Part shown: positions 47,903 through 61,946 of the stretch, in pieces | How the letters are laid out: every line of letters begins with the position of its first letter | Position numbering within the stretch: position 1 is the stretch's first letter | Assembly (NCBI RefSeq): GCF_018350175.1 | Contig: NC_058368.1 | Coordinates: 166,348,001-166,412,000, forward strand | DNA: 64,000 nucleotides | Direction: 5' to 3' | Source: Felis catus | Taxonomy: Eukaryota | Made by a program: the position numbers and the translations under genes | The notes under the pieces: generated by a model | Seen by the model: the letters and a program-made list of their open reading frames with translations, nothing else | Database searches by the model: none | Told to the model about the DNA's origin: nothing

Positions 47903-48113
47903 CTCATTTTTATTTTTTTAATGTTTATTTATTTTTCAGAGTGTGAACGTGAGCGGGGGAGGGGCAGAGAACGAGGGAGACAGAATTGCAAACAGGCTCC
48001 TCACTCTCAGCACAGATCCTGATGTGGGGCTCGAACTCACGAACTCATAAGATCATGACCTGGGCCGAGATCAAGAGTAGGATACTTAACTAACTGAGCC
48101 ACCTAGGTTCCCC
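47903..48113 (-). mobile_element. SINEC
   Basis: Exact 19-bp TSD tgtttaggtgaaaatttta at 47884-47902 and 48114-48132. Confidence 0.96.
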
Positions 48114-48294
48114 TGTTTAGGTGAAAATTTTAGATAAACATTGTTTACTTTACATATTTCAAGCACCTATAATAATAATCTTAAGCCATTGATATTGTTT
48201 CTGACACTCTTCAATTATTTTGGACTGGAAAAAACTTTGATAATTGGCTTTTTTGTAATATATACACATTTATTTACACATCTCAATAGATAGA

Positions 48295-48880
48295 TAGATA
48301 TTAAGCATTTACCAGGCAACAGCTAGACCTAGTGAATATAGTGACTCAGTAAGATACAAACTATAATCTCACAGGTCCTGCAGAAAGTTAGAGTGATGAC
48401 ACAGAAAGTGTCTAAGGGACTAGTTCAGATCTGATGGCCAGCAAAACATTCTGAGAAAATCACATGTAAGCTTAGGTTAGAATGAGTTCTCCATAGAATG
48501 AACTCTCCCTTAGAAAGATGACAGGAAGAAGAGTTCAGCTCAGCTGGAATAAGTGGTAGAAAAGCCTTAAGACTGGATTGACTTGAGATATTTGAGAAAT
48601 AGACCAAAGTCCATGGGTCAGTATTTATGGACAGAGGGCAGTGGCAAAAAAGGAGATTGAAGAGAGCAGGGCGTATAGGTAGAGCATCTCTGTAGGATCG
48701 TACACCTTAGGAGGCTTACTGTAGGGCCAAGATATAATCTTTTTGTTTTTAAAAGGCCCATTTTTGTTTCTTTGTTGGCAAGGAATAGTCAGGGGTCAAA
48801 GAGAAGCATAGAGACCAGTTAGAACACCAAGGTAGAGAATGTCTCAGGTAGCAGTAAGGGAGATGAACAGGATTAGACAA
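48295..48880 (-). mobile_element. L2 fragment
   Basis: ttaagcatttaccaggc...gatatttgagaaatagacc...ttttaaaaggcccattttt...agagaccagttagaa. Confidence 0.6.
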
Positions 48881-48932
48881 TAACAGGTTATTCCCCATAG
48901 CATATGGTTTTATTCATTTACCAGGCACTCCC

Positions 48933-48935
<3 letters not shown>

Positions 48936-48972
<37 letters not shown>
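48936..48972. repeat. (CA)n microsatellite
   Basis: Perfect CA run. Confidence 0.97.
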
Positions 48973-48975
<3 letters not shown>

Positions 48976-50139
48976 ATTTTAAATTTCTCTCATTACATTA
49001 TTGAATCTTTCCTCAAATGTTACCTTTCATCTATTTTAGATGAATTCTGTCCTTTTCCTGAGAATGTATTAATCTGATATTATCAATAATAGTCACAGAA
49101 AGCTAATTTGACTATTCAAAAACTTTTTCACCAGTTATTCATTTACTATATCATCTTTAATAAGTGTGTGTTGAGTGTACCACTGAATGAATGAGTGAAT
49201 CAATCAGAAGATGGGATGAAATTTTCATATCTTTGTTTACAGCCTTCAAATTCTAGCTGTGAACTTCAAGGTCCCTAGAGATGCCTTCTTGTTTCTCTGG
49301 TTGCATCAATCATCTGTCCATGAATGATCAGGACAGGTTTTGTCAGTGACTTTGGTGAATATTTGATTATGCTTCTTCATGCTTTATTGCACTTTGCTTG
49401 GTTTGTAGGTGCTCCTGGAACATCTGCTTTTTAATTGGTTGATTCCAAGTCTTTTTTTTTTTTTGGTTGATATTATATTTATTAATATACTTATTAAGCT
49501 GTCTACTACTCAGTTAGACATGTTCAAATAGTTTAATTAATCTTCTTTTTTTTCTTTTTTGATCCAAGTACTTAATTTTTATTAGAAATAGCAGCACAAG
49601 CAACTGTCCCCAAATTTGCTCCATCTTTATATTCTTACTCAGCATATCTTCTAGGTAAAAATTTCTACAGTTAAATATTCATTTGCTTATTTATCTTTTA
49701 CTTATTCTGAACTTCTGACTAATCAATGGCCCTTTAATATATTTAATTAGAGTTAGACATTATAAATAGAGAATATCTAATCGGGCAGTCTCAAGCTTGC
49801 CTTTAACAATGCAGTATTTTTACAAATGAAATCATAGCATACAAATAAGAAAATAAAAGAGATAATAGAAAAGTTGTTCTTTCTGAAGGAGCTGGTGAGA
49901 TGGAACCTTCTAGTTTGTTTCAGTTTCCCATAAAGTTGCTTCTGATAAGATTGGAGGAACCCATAGCCTCAAATGAATCCATATTGCAAAGAATGGATTT
50001 AATACAGCTTCTTATGTTACAGATGATGACACAGAAATCCAGAGAAATTTATCCAATACAATGCAGCCACCTCGAAGCATAAGTTGGGGTGGCTTCTAGG
50101 CACCGGGATCATAAGGTAGCAGTATTAAAAAAATCAGAA

Positions 50140-50700
50140 ATTCTTTGATGTTAAAAAGACTTGGTGTTAAGTACTGCCATTTACTTCTTATCACTTTTGT
50201 GATCCTGTGAAATTTACCTACTTTCTCTGATAATACAGGCTTTTTAGGAAGTTGTGATAATTGCATGCAAATAAATGATAGTGTATAAAATGTCACCATA
50301 TTCTATTCAGTACTTTCAGTCATCTTATGGTTTACATAGATAATATTATTCCATTTTATAGATGAAAACATTGAAACCCAGGTATTAACCCAGTTAATAA
50401 GTGACTATTCTAGGAATTGAACACATAGACATCTGATATAAAGTTCCATTATATTACTGACAACAGATGTTAATTAAAAAAGAAAGGGTGATGGAGAACC
50501 AACAGTGCTATATGTATTTAATGTTTTGCATTGCACTTCCAACATAACAATCTCATTTTTAGTCCATATCAGCCTTATAAAGTAGATTTTGTTACTCTTC
50601 TTTCACAGAAAAGGGAACTGCAATTGAGGGGTTAAATAACAATGTCACACAAGTAGAAATCAGAAAACTGGATTTTACCTCAGGATTTTTAATCAAGGAC
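50140..50700. mobile_element. Cluster of MIR fragments in both orientations
   Basis: tgtgatcctgtgaaatttacctactttctctg (+); ccattttatagatgaaaacattgaa (-); tttcacagaaaagggaactg..ggttaaataac (-). Confidence 0.65.
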
Positions 50701-52161
50701 TATATGAAATTCATGGTGATTTTTCACTCAAATATACGATTCTATTAGAGCCAGATTGAATCTGTTTTGTTACTTGGGACAAGTGGAAAGAATCTACTGA
50801 TCCTTGCTTCCTGTCTTTTCCTGTCCACTTATTTTTGCTAAATCTCAAAATTACACTATAAAACCTGGAATTATTTAAGAACACAGCAGCATAAATTCTT
50901 CTTGTATTTAGGGAAATAAGCAGGGCTTCTTTTCTTCTTTCCTTGAACCTCTTGGTACTTACATAATGTTGAAAGCATCATTAGTGAGATGCTCATCAGA
51001 ATTTGATATGTATGCTGTGTGTCTAATCTGTGAATCTAGCATCTTGGAACATGCATCAGTGCCTGCTGGCACTTCAGACTCATGACAGTACTTACAGAAA
51101 ACGCTCTGGCAGGCCACAACATAAACAGAGCACATGGAAATTACTCAGGATAACTTCCTCCAGGCTATTCTTTCAGCCACAAGACAATACAATACCAGTG
51201 TTCATCTAGTTCTGCTGGAAGTCAAATGACTTCTGAGTAGCTTCCAACATCCTCATTCTTAAATTATGAATCTATCTTCCAACCACAAAAACCTGCTTAG
51301 TGTGTATTTTCTAGTAGTTAAGAAATTCACACACCCACAGGGAGCTAACTACATATTTCCATTTTCTTATTTCTTCTGTCTTGCTTTCATAATTACATGT
51401 CTGGACCATCAAGAAAACACCCACCACTTTTCTTATATCCATTCCCACAAAACCTAATAAAAACATTGACACCTACCTTAAAGTTCTGTACCATTTATCC
51501 TTTTAACTGGTTATAAATATCAATAGGATTCCATTGCGGAATATTTTAAAATATAAAAAAGCATAAAGAACAAAAAATCCTACTGGAAGTACTCCTATAT
51601 TGATGTATTTCCTTTTGGTGCTATGCTTTGAATGTATAAATGCTATGTGGGCCTGAATGTGTGTCTGTGTAGGAGCCAATATTGATATTACGTTGTATGT
51701 AGTAGGTGTATTTATTTATTTTCATCTTATATTGTGAACAGATCATTAAATATTTAACAGGTTGCAGAATATGCCGTCTCATGATTATTTCAAACAATAT
51801 TTAAGCATTTTCCTATTGTTTGCAATTAGATTCTTTCCAAATGCTTCTCAGTAATTCTGATATTAATCTATTTGTGTGAATAACCTTTGATTATGTCTGA
51901 CTGATTCCTTAGGACAGAGTCATGCAAATAAATAAAAGCCTCTAGAGGATTACTTCATTTTAAATTTCTTAAAATAGTTTGACACAATTAGTTTTCTAGA
52001 AGACTATGAAAATTTATGCACAAAACTGCCACTCTTTCTGGTTATTGTAAAGATACCAATATCTAGTTTTTGTAAAAAATTTAGAAAACAAAGGAAAAAA
52101 TAGAGAAAAAATAAAAACTACACCAAGTTATACTTCACCAGATTACCCTAAAGACATTTTT

Positions 52162-52366
52162 GGAGCGCCTGGGTGGCTCAGTCAATTAAGCATCTGACTC
52201 TCGATTTCTGCTCAGGTCATGATCTCATGGTTCATGAGGTCCAGCCCTGGCTTCTGGTTCAGTGCTGACAGTGGCGTGGAACCTCCTTGGTTTCTCTCTC
52301 TCTCTGCCCCTCCCCCGCTCGCACTCTCTCTGTCTCTCAAAATAAATAAATAGATAAACTTAAAAA
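52162..52366 (+). mobile_element. SINEC
   Basis: ggagcgcctgggtggctcag head; short TSD aaagacat. Confidence 0.95.
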
Positions 52367-53920
52367 AAAGACATGTCTTTCCATACAGATATACAGATAG
52401 CTAAATTATAGATGTAGTGAAATAGAGAACTAGAGAGAAAAAAAGACAAGCGCTAAGATCTTACTACAGAGATGAGCTCCTAATTCTTTCATTGAATGCT
52501 ATGACATGCTCACTTTATTTGTTTGTAAATACTTTAATATGAAAAGCAAAAAAAAAGTTATTACATATATTTATCAAGTAGAACGTTTTGGATACTTAGC
52601 AATACTCTCTTCTAAACATTTGCCAACATTTTAATACGCTTTATAGTTTCATTTTTATATTAAACCCTTTTAAAATAATTTTTATGAAAGTATTATGACG
52701 ATGTAACTTTGATTTTATTTTGTTTATAATTCATTTGTTTATTCTACAATATCTATACAGAGATGGGCAATCTTAACTTATGCTATGCCCATATAAATTA
52801 GAAATATATTAATGCTGCTTATTCTATCCATAGAATTATGATTTATTTATCTCCATTGAACTGCTCAGCTGATCAGAGAAAATGAATTCATATAAGTTTA
52901 CCTAAAGATATCATAGCTGTACTCGTAAGTATGCACATGCATGCGCATGTGTGTATGTTTAAGAGAATTCCCCTCCCCTACATTACAGCCAAGTCTGGGT
53001 ATAGCTAAGCCTGAAGTTTTTCCCTAAAGAAGACTAGAAAACTGCACAGAGCAAAGAAAAGTGGAAACATCATGTGAACTCATCAGAAAGTTTAACTTCC
53101 CATCAGTCTGGTTTTTATAATAAGTGAAATATTCCCTTGCCTTCTTTTCTGGATCCAAAAAATATGTTTTATATATCATATAAATATTAACTCTTCATCT
53201 AAATTAAAGACACTTAACAGCAGGATCTGTGTTTTATAACTCTTTATATCCCCAAGGATCTAGAGCAGCGCTCTGCACACAATACATTTTCAACAAAAAT
53301 TCTTATTGATTACCATAATGAAGTACATGGTTATTTTTCTGTCTCAGTAAGTTTATCCGTTGGCAGAACAAGAAAGAAGGAAAGGCTGAATTTTTGTCAG
53401 TTCACACTGCTCATGCTTTACAGATTTCAGTCACAATTCTTCCCAGTCCCTGCCTTTCTACATGTGTAACTCCGGAAACACACAAGTTATTGAGCATCTG
53501 TGTACACTGTGCTCCAAGACCTTTATATCTGGGCTCAGTATTTCTTAGTGTTTTTCTTTTTTCCCAAAAAACTTAGAATAGAAAGCTGCAATAACCATGG
53601 TGATGGAGGACAACAATAGGGCCTATTTTATAGGTTTGGCTATTTGTTTTAAAGGTAGAAAAATGTACTGTATTATGAACATACTTGGTCTGAAGTATAG
53701 ATAAAAATACAACAGAGAGGAACTTTTGTGTACTGTATTCCAAAATGGCAAAAGGCAGATGGTGCAATAATATTGAAGGAAAATACGAGAACTTAAAATT
53801 AAAAGTGCATATAAAAAAAAAGAAATAAAGTGATACAAGTACTAAGGGAAGAACAGATTGTTTTGAGCATGTTTTGTTTAGAAAACTGAATGAGAAAACA
53901 AAATTTAGAAGGTAGGTCAT

Positions 53921-54146
53921 GGGGCGCCTGGGTGGCGCAGTCGGTTAAGCGTCCGACTTCAGCCAGGTCACGATCTCGCGGTCCGTGAGTTCGAGCCCCG
54001 CGTCGGGCTCTGGGCTGATGGCTCAGAGCCTGGAGCCTGTTTCCGATTCTGTGTCTCCCTCTCTCTCTGCCCCACCCCCGTTCATGCTCTGTCTCTCTCT
54101 GTCCCAAAAATAAATAAACGTTGAAAAAAAAATTAAAAAAAAAAAA
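53921..54146 (+). mobile_element. Very young felid SINEC (SINEC_Fc-like)
   Basis: CpG-rich with no obvious decay; intact A box (tggcgcagtcgg) and B box (gagttcgagccc); exact 13-bp TSD agaaggtaggtca at 53907-53919 and 54147-54159. Confidence 0.98.
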
Positions 54147-55224
54147 AGAAGGTAGGTCAAAGGACACTGGGCTTAGAAGAGGACAGACTCAGGATTTACA
54201 ACCATATGTGAAATATGTTAAACAAAAAAACATGGGGCAGGTGAATGAAAACAACATCCATAAATGCAATGATGCAAAAAAAAAAGATGTTTTGCATTTA
54301 GGAAAATCTAATACCAAGGGGAAAAGAAAATAAATGAATAGCATGAAATACATTCTTATACAAAAGCACCTACAAATCTCTACTTCACTTTGCAATGAGA
54401 GGAAGCATATTGATATGAAAAAAAAAAAAAACAATCAGACTTTAACCAGGATCAAGTTCAGGGGCTGAAAAACTTCAGGTAGCTACGGATAAAATTTGGA
54501 ATAATGTACAAAGCAAAGTTATTAAAAGTTCCTTTTAATAACTGAGGACTTCCATGGAACCAAAATAGAAATAGAGAGTGGTGTTTGACCATGGGATATA
54601 CTTTAAGGTTGTTAAACAGATGAATTTATTTTTAGTATTCCTAGGACAGCAAAACATATCGTAGTAGATGAATTATAACTACTTTTTATTTTAGGTTTGT
54701 TTAATTAGAGACTAATCTTGAAGAGAACTGATTTGTAACGGAAAGTTACTATGTAAAGAAAATACATCAGATGTCATTAAAATCTACTTTGTCAAACTTT
54801 TTTGTCTGTGCAGCACAAAGACCATGATTCACGTGGGAAGCATGTGGAATATAAGCAGACGTATGGTGCACATGCAATTGGCAATACATTCAGGTGAAAA
54901 ATTAATCTGCTTTGCATTACTAGTAGAATCTTTGAAAATGTATGTTATTTTAAAAGCAATGTGCAGCTATAATATACAGATGCCAACTCTTCCCTCTTAC
55001 TCATTAAAAATATATATAAATGTAGAGACTAATCACCACGCATCAAGGTTTTATAAGTGCCATCTGTCTGTCTATTACTCTAAAAAGGGCTGTGCTGGGC
55101 ACAAAATTAGTTACTCCAGAATATCTCTCAAAGTGCTGCCAACATTTACTACCATGCTTCAGTACTCATCATCATTTCTCTCCTAAACTATTTTTCTCCA
55201 TTCCTCATTATTTCTGAGTAAATT

Positions 55225-55680
55225 TTAGAAGTGCAATCTGATTGCGCAATTACTCTGCTAAAAATCTGTATGTGGATTACCACTGCCTTTGTTAAAGCTT
55301 AAATTTAGTACCATATTTTACCAGATCTTTCTTCATCTTGTTCCTGAATTCTCTTCAAGCTCTGTGACTACCATTCCTGCCATGTATCCTGTGATGCAGG
55401 TATATGTCATAAATTACAGTTCATCAAATGGCCAATGTTTTCTCATGGTTCTGTGCCTTGGCAATTACAGCTTGCTGTGCCCAGAGCTCCATTTCCCATA
55501 TTATCCATAGATTTAATGTACTTCCTCAAATGTAGGTTCCCATCACCTTCACCAAACCTTTTGTGACCACTCCATCCTCCCCTGTCCCTAGCACACATAC
55601 CTAAATTTCACTGGGTGTCTTCCTCCTATAACTCATTAATAACATCTCCACACTATTAAGGTTGCTGATGTCTTTATTTT
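55225..55680 (+). mobile_element. L2 fragment
   Basis: aatctgattgcgcaattactctgctaaaaatc...tggattaccactgcc...ctgtgccttggca. Confidence 0.6.
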
Positions 55681-57329
55681 CTGAATTGAAAGATAATTTG
55701 TTTAGTTACATCCAAGCTTCTGGTAACTTAAAAATTGTGAGTCCTAGTTTCCACATGGTTAGAACCAGTCTTATTGTGACAGTGGAGCAAAATGAGGTGT
55801 GTAAGGTAGATTCTACATAAATGAACGATCCCTTCCTATTGCCCTTTTTCCCCCATTTTCACCAAAATTCGAGTTCTTCATCTGCATATTTTTAAGACTT
55901 GGAAAAGTTCCTAGCAGGAATTTAGGATAATATTGATGAAGAAAAGGAAAAGGGAGGATTAAAGGAAGGAGGAAGACAAGGAAGAACAAAAGAGGGCTAG
56001 GAAAAGAATTATAGCTTGGAGAGTAGGAAGTGGAGAGTAACCCAAGCTCACACAGATGGAGTTGGATCCCCAGATTTCAGAATCCATTTTTCTCTCCTTC
56101 CAGAGGCCCTCTGTCGTTGTTTAAAGGGGAACAAGCATCCTCTCCTGTTGCTCAGATTCTGGTTTCAGGTTCTCACTCTTGCTTTTAAACACTGTTTTCT
56201 CAGATGTTTGAGGTTTGGGGAAGAAACAGTCCTTGACTCAGGCATTTTGTACCTCATGAAGCCAAGATTGAGATACAATCTATTTAAGTATTTACTACTG
56301 TCTCCTGTCTAGACTTATGTTCTGGCTCTTCTCTTATTTTATTATAATGATGTATTTACACCTATCTTACCCAATGTAAGGCTGCTCTAAAATGTTAGTT
56401 TTGGGATTTAACAAGTGTGTACTACTCATTTCTTTCCAATTTCCTTACAAGCTTCTGTTTTGTAATTATTTTCTGTTTAAGGGGAATAGTTAAAGGTTAA
56501 ATCCTGTTTTCAGTTTTTGATATATGCATGGATTAGGACAAGATTTAAATTAAATGTAGGCTTACTTTCTCCTCCTAATACAATATTTTGTCTTTAAAAC
56601 AAACAGCCACAGAAATGATACCTGAAATAAATAATAGTAATAATATTAATGTCCTCAGCAAATTTCCTTTGTAACCTAGGATTCTGTTTTGTTTCATATT
56701 GTTTTAGGTATATGCTTTCCATTTATGTTCTTGGAAAGCTAATAGATTTCTGAAGGGTATGCTTGAATGAGAACATCTTAAAGTGTTATAGAGAAAAAAG
56801 ACACTGTGAATCTCAGCATGTGCCATATATTGATCCAACTGGTTGAATTCGTAAACTCAGGTAACTTCTCTCCAAAGCTCCGAGTATGTCTTATCATGAT
56901 TATTGCTCACTCTTTTAAGTCTTTATTCTTATATCACATTCTAACTGTGTGTGAGTACTCACAGATAGCCTACTTATTAATCTAAGGTAGTAGAAGCTGG
57001 GGATTGTTAGACTGCAGAAACAGTTCCTAAGAGATCTGGGTAATTTTAATTGAACACGTTTTATAAATAAATAAATAGTAGAGTACATCATCCCTAATGA
57101 CATAAAATGGGGCATAAAATGTCCTTCGATATAAAGTGGTAAAACAAACACATTAAAAAGGAGTTGAAGCTCAGGTCAGAACATGTATAATGAGAAAATG
57201 CCTAGAAATTTTAACGATCTTATGGTTTTTTTCGGGTAACTTTTATCCAACTAACAAGAAGATTTACATATCATATCAAAGAGATGCTACATTAAGGATG
57301 ATTAATGGAAAGAGACTTCTCATAATATG

Positions 57330-57713
57330 CCACAAAATCTTTGGTCTCATTCTTATCAAACTTTTTTCTTTTTAATGGATGACTTGGATGAAGATCCAGA
57401 AGCCAGGCTTGAAAAGATTATACTACACTGGAGGAATAACTACCACCACAGTACAAGAAACAATAATAATAAAAAATACAATTATACGCCCTGGCATTAG
57501 GGAAATGTAAAGTATTGGATTCATGGTTAAAAAGAAAAAAAAAAAAAAACAATTGCAGGGCACCAGGGTGGCTCAGTCGGTTGAGTGGCTGACTCTTGAT
57601 TTTGGCTCATGTCTTGATCTCACATTTCATGAGATCGAGCCCTGCACTGTCAGTGCAGAGTCTGCTTGGGATTCTCTCTTTCCCTCTCTCTCTCTCTGCC
57701 CCTACCCGCCTTG

Positions 57714-57749
<36 letters not shown>

Positions 57750-58448
57750 GTCTTTCAAAAAAAATACACTTGAAAAAAAAACTATTGCACACAATGTGTG
57801 AATGGAGGGTTAGAGAAAGGGTTTTGGTAGTTGGGGAACTGTGTGCTTGGGTAGAATTCAAACAGAATAAAATGAAATAAAAAGTCTATTTTGAGGCCCA
57901 AGAAAAGAAAACTATTTAAATAATAATAAAAACATAGTATTTGATGAAATAATTGCCTTCAAAAGACTGAGAGCCAATATCTCACCCTGAAGTCTATACT
58001 AAAATAGTAACAATACTGTTATCAAGTCAAAATTTAAGAATATCATGAAAAATCAGCATGTATTCAAAACATGGTGAACAACATGGAGAACATGCCAAAA
58101 GAGCAAAGATATAATGAAAAGTAACGGAATGTTGAGACAAGGGCGAGAGAAAGATGCGAGCAGCTAAAATTAGTCTTAGAGCTACAGAGACTGGATAAAG
58201 AACAAATGGATATTGTTAAGAAGATGCAGATTACTTACCTTACAAGACAATATTTTTAGAAAACTGATCTATTCAACAATGAAATGACCTGACTCAAAGA
58301 ACACTGAGTTTCTTGTCACTTACAGCATCTGAGATCTATAATGAATGACCACTTGTCAGAGATACTGACATTGATAATTTCTACTTTGGGTGGGTAGTTA
58401 GGCAAGGTTATGTCTTGGGTCAGTTCCAACTCAAAATTTCTATGATTA
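57330..58448 (+). mobile_element. L3/CR1 LINE remnant, interrupted by a SINE
   Basis: ttggtctcattctt...gatgacttggatgaagat (decayed GPVLFNIFINDLDE); 3' end attcaacaatgaaatg...gagtttcttgtcact...atgaccacttgtcag...ttccaactcaaaatttctatgatt. Confidence 0.7.
57558..57775 (+). mobile_element. SINEC with an internal (TG)n
   Basis: gggcaccagggtggctcagtcgg head; TSD aaaaaac(a/t)attgca. Confidence 0.95.
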
Positions 58449-58688
58449 TTTCAAGTGAAAGTGAAAAATCTTTTAGATTTGATGAACTCACAGTGACATG
58501 TGTAAGTATCATAGATAATAAATGCCTGCTAGCCAGCTGGGGCCAAGAATGAACTCTTCTTCTTTTTTTATTACACACAAAGACTGTTTAAAAATTTATT
58601 TGAGGAGCTGATAGTGGTTCATCCCCTCAGAGCAGTCATTCTTGAATTAATTTGATATTGTTAGAGGGGCTTACATGGAGGGGAATAA

Positions 58689-58728
58689 CACACACACACA
58701 CACACACGCACGCACGCACACACGCACA
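58689..58728. repeat. (CA)n/(CACG)n microsatellite
   Basis: Visible tandem units. Confidence 0.95.
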
Positions 58729-60347
58729 TTCTTCTGGGAGTAATATAATAAACTACAGTATTTTTATCACTAGAATTTGTGGTACCAATAATAAGAACTT
58801 GCCCTTCTCATGCTAATCTAATAGCAGATATTCTTGTTTTATTTCAAATTCATATATGAACAAAATAATAGGGATTCACATGTATAAGTAGGTCTGAAAT
58901 ATGTCAAGCAATTCCATAAATCTAAGTCAGATTTTCTACATGACAAATAACCATTATCAATCTCATGCTAAGTGGATGTTTAAATTTTCAGAAATCAAAA
59001 CAATTGAAAAATAAAATCAATCATCATAAAAATCAGAGCTATAGTTCATCAGTCATGAGGTGTCAGAAGGTCCCATATTTCCATAACTCCATTCAATCAG
59101 AAATAATCAGACAGTGAAAATAAGTTATAAAATACATAAATGTCACTTTCACTTCCCTAGTGTTTTGAACCTGGAAAAATTTAGATTCACAGAGACTCCA
59201 CTCAGACATTTTATCTCAGTCTACCCCTGCATCACTAGTTTGCATCACTGCAAAAGGAGAGAAAAAAAATTGCTGAAGCAAGCTTCACAATCTGACCTAT
59301 TTTGTAAGGATCCAGTTAATCCAATGACCATGTTATGCTTTGGCTTATACTATCAAAATTAATACCCCTGTTTGAAAATGATTCATACACTGCATATGAA
59401 TAAACCCAACATTTTATTCTTCTCTTTTGTATTTGTATATAGGCCTTGGTAACAAATCTGTACATTTTTTCATTAAAATTATAGTTCAGTAATTATGCAC
59501 TCCCATCTTGGAATTTCATTCTGTATAATCTGTCTCCTCCATCTACTTCTTGCCAATTTATGAATGAACAATTTTTACAGATTCAGGATCTCCATGTGAA
59601 GTTATTCTCTCTGTGGCTTACATTTTGGCTGCTGGCAAAGAGTACCAGAGACAGCTCAATCTGATGCCAACTTTGGCAGGACTGAACTTAAGCAGTTTTC
59701 CAACATATTTGACTCTGATAGCCTCCTTTCCTTGGTTTATTTGTATTCTGAGAGAACACAATTATAGGCTACAGCAAAAGGGGAATTTAACTTTTTCTTT
59801 TACATGTTCTTCATTTACCTTTGCATCAGCAAGAATTAATCCATGTCAAACAATATTCCAAAGATCAATCTTTTTCCTTGAATCACATATTAAAATACTT
59901 CTGAGTTATTGCTAGTCAACAATGACCTTCTGATCTTAGAGTTTGATCTACAGAAAATGCAGATAGATCTGCTTTGGATTGGCACAAAATGTACTGTTTG
60001 AAACATTGCCCAATAACTAGAGACAGAGGTACTAAAGCAGATGATGTGTAAGCAGGTGCTTTTCAGGCCTCAATGACAGCATTAGCAGCTCTGGTTGGAA
60101 CCAATCTTTGTTTTGCCAGTTCCCCAACAGTGCACAGTGAAGCATATTCTTTTGCTTTCCAACACCAATGTGCTTGTGGAGGCATGTTTTATATTTTATA
60201 AACCAGGATAAGTTTGAGATTCTTTACCCAGCTTTGTACAAACTGCTGAACACTTGTTCTGGTGCCCAGACCATGCCCATGCAGTTTGAGGAGTTGACTG
60301 TAACAACATCCCTGTTTTGCTGCTTGTAAAATAGAGCTCATAAGAGT

Positions 60348-60778
60348 TGTATTAATCTTCTGTTGCTGATATAACAAATTGCCACATATTTAGTGACTTA
60401 AAACAACAAAAAAATATTATCTTAAGTTCTGTAGGTTACAAGTCCAATTCACTTCTCACTTGGTTAAAATCAAGGTGTTGGTAAGGATGTGTTCTATTTG
60501 GGAGGTTCTTTGGAGGAATCCATTTCTTAACTTTTCCAGCTGTTAGAGGCAACCCACATTCCTTGACTGATGAGCCTCTTCCATCTTCAAAGCCAACAAC
60601 TGCCACCCAAGTTCTTTTCCATTTAACCCACCTAGATAATCCAAAATAATCCTCCTACCTGGCAATTAGCAACCTTTAGTCAAAAGTTTGGCTTTCCTTG
60701 TCATGTACTGAACATATTCCCTAGTCCCAGGGATCAAGACATGGACATCTTTGGAGGGCTATTATTCTGCCTACCACA
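60348..60778 (-). mobile_element. MaLR solo LTR (MLT1C/D-like)
   Basis: tgtatt...ataacaaattgccaca..ttagtgacttaaaacaaca...ggacatctttggagggctattattctgcctaccaca. Confidence 0.9.
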
Positions 60779-61946
60779 GTTGTGGTTAACCATGTGTTTC
60801 TCTTATCCCGGGAAGAATTGCTTCATCTTTGATTGTGATTCTAATTTATTTACTACAATTAAATATATAATTGTAAAATACATATCATTTATTTATTTCA
60901 TATTTTTAAGTGGAAATGCTACCAGGAAAGTGGTCTATACTCTCCTTTTGGCTAACAGCTCATGGGGAGCAGAAGGGAAAAGCAGACAGTTTATGAAACT
61001 ATGGTTCAATCCTTTCCTTTAACCAACATCTTAGACCTTTTGATTCTCAGGCAATAGAATGGAGCTTTCCAATTCATTCACCTTATTTTCCAAGAACTGT
61101 CATAGAATTTCTGGCAACAGCTAAAATTTTTGGAAAACTAAAACCTTGGTGACTTTCAAAATAGTGTTGAATTAAAATATATTACAAACACAATAAAACA
61201 TTTAGAAGCTATGCCCAATTCCAGGAAGTTTCTTCATTTCTATTTCATTTCATTATTATTATTTTTTTACTTACAAAGACTTATTCCCTGTAGCAAATGG
61301 ATATGTATTAAGGGTAACTTTTTTCATGCTCTTAGTGCTTAAGGATCAATTTAAAAAATTACATATAAAACTGCATTTTTTCAAAAAGGATGAAATTTGA
61401 GTTTTTATACTGAGAGTAAAATATGTAAATGTTATTAGAGAAAAATGGCTTTTTTTATGAGACTTATTGCCCAGAAGATAAGATTGAAAATTTCTTTCAT
61501 TTTAGCACCAGTACTGGAAGGAACTGTGTGTTATTTGCCTTGAAAATTTAAGGCTAACACTGTTTTTTTTTCTCGCACAATCAATTAGATAAATGCAATT
61601 TTTGAAATGAAACATTAGAAAAATATACACATTTCTATAATTTCAAAAAGTTTTAACACCAAAATTTTCTTTCCCAGTCCATAATTGTAACACTAATAAT
61701 ACTGATTCTTAAATCAAATCATATAAATGAATGATTAAGGATATAGATAGGTAGATAGGTTACTTAGCTATGGATATATACCTGTGTATACATATATACA
61801 TAATTGGTACGGATAATTGAGTATCCTCTATTAATAGTATTACTACCAATGAACAATGTCTTTTTAAAATCTTTTCATGTTTTGGAGCACTTAGGGACCA
61901 CATTTCACTACATTTAATTCCATCTCTGAAATTTAATTTTACAGAT

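Noticed and set aside
51090..51225. Possible minus-strand exon (GTAAGT donor)
   Set aside because: Stops in all three frames from the nearest acceptor; no support for a transcript
53921..54000. tRNA-like A/B boxes
   Set aside because: These are the tRNA-derived SINE head, not a tRNA gene
59580..59915. Acceptor-like site followed by a 100-aa ORF
   Set aside because: No recognisable homology or downstream donor
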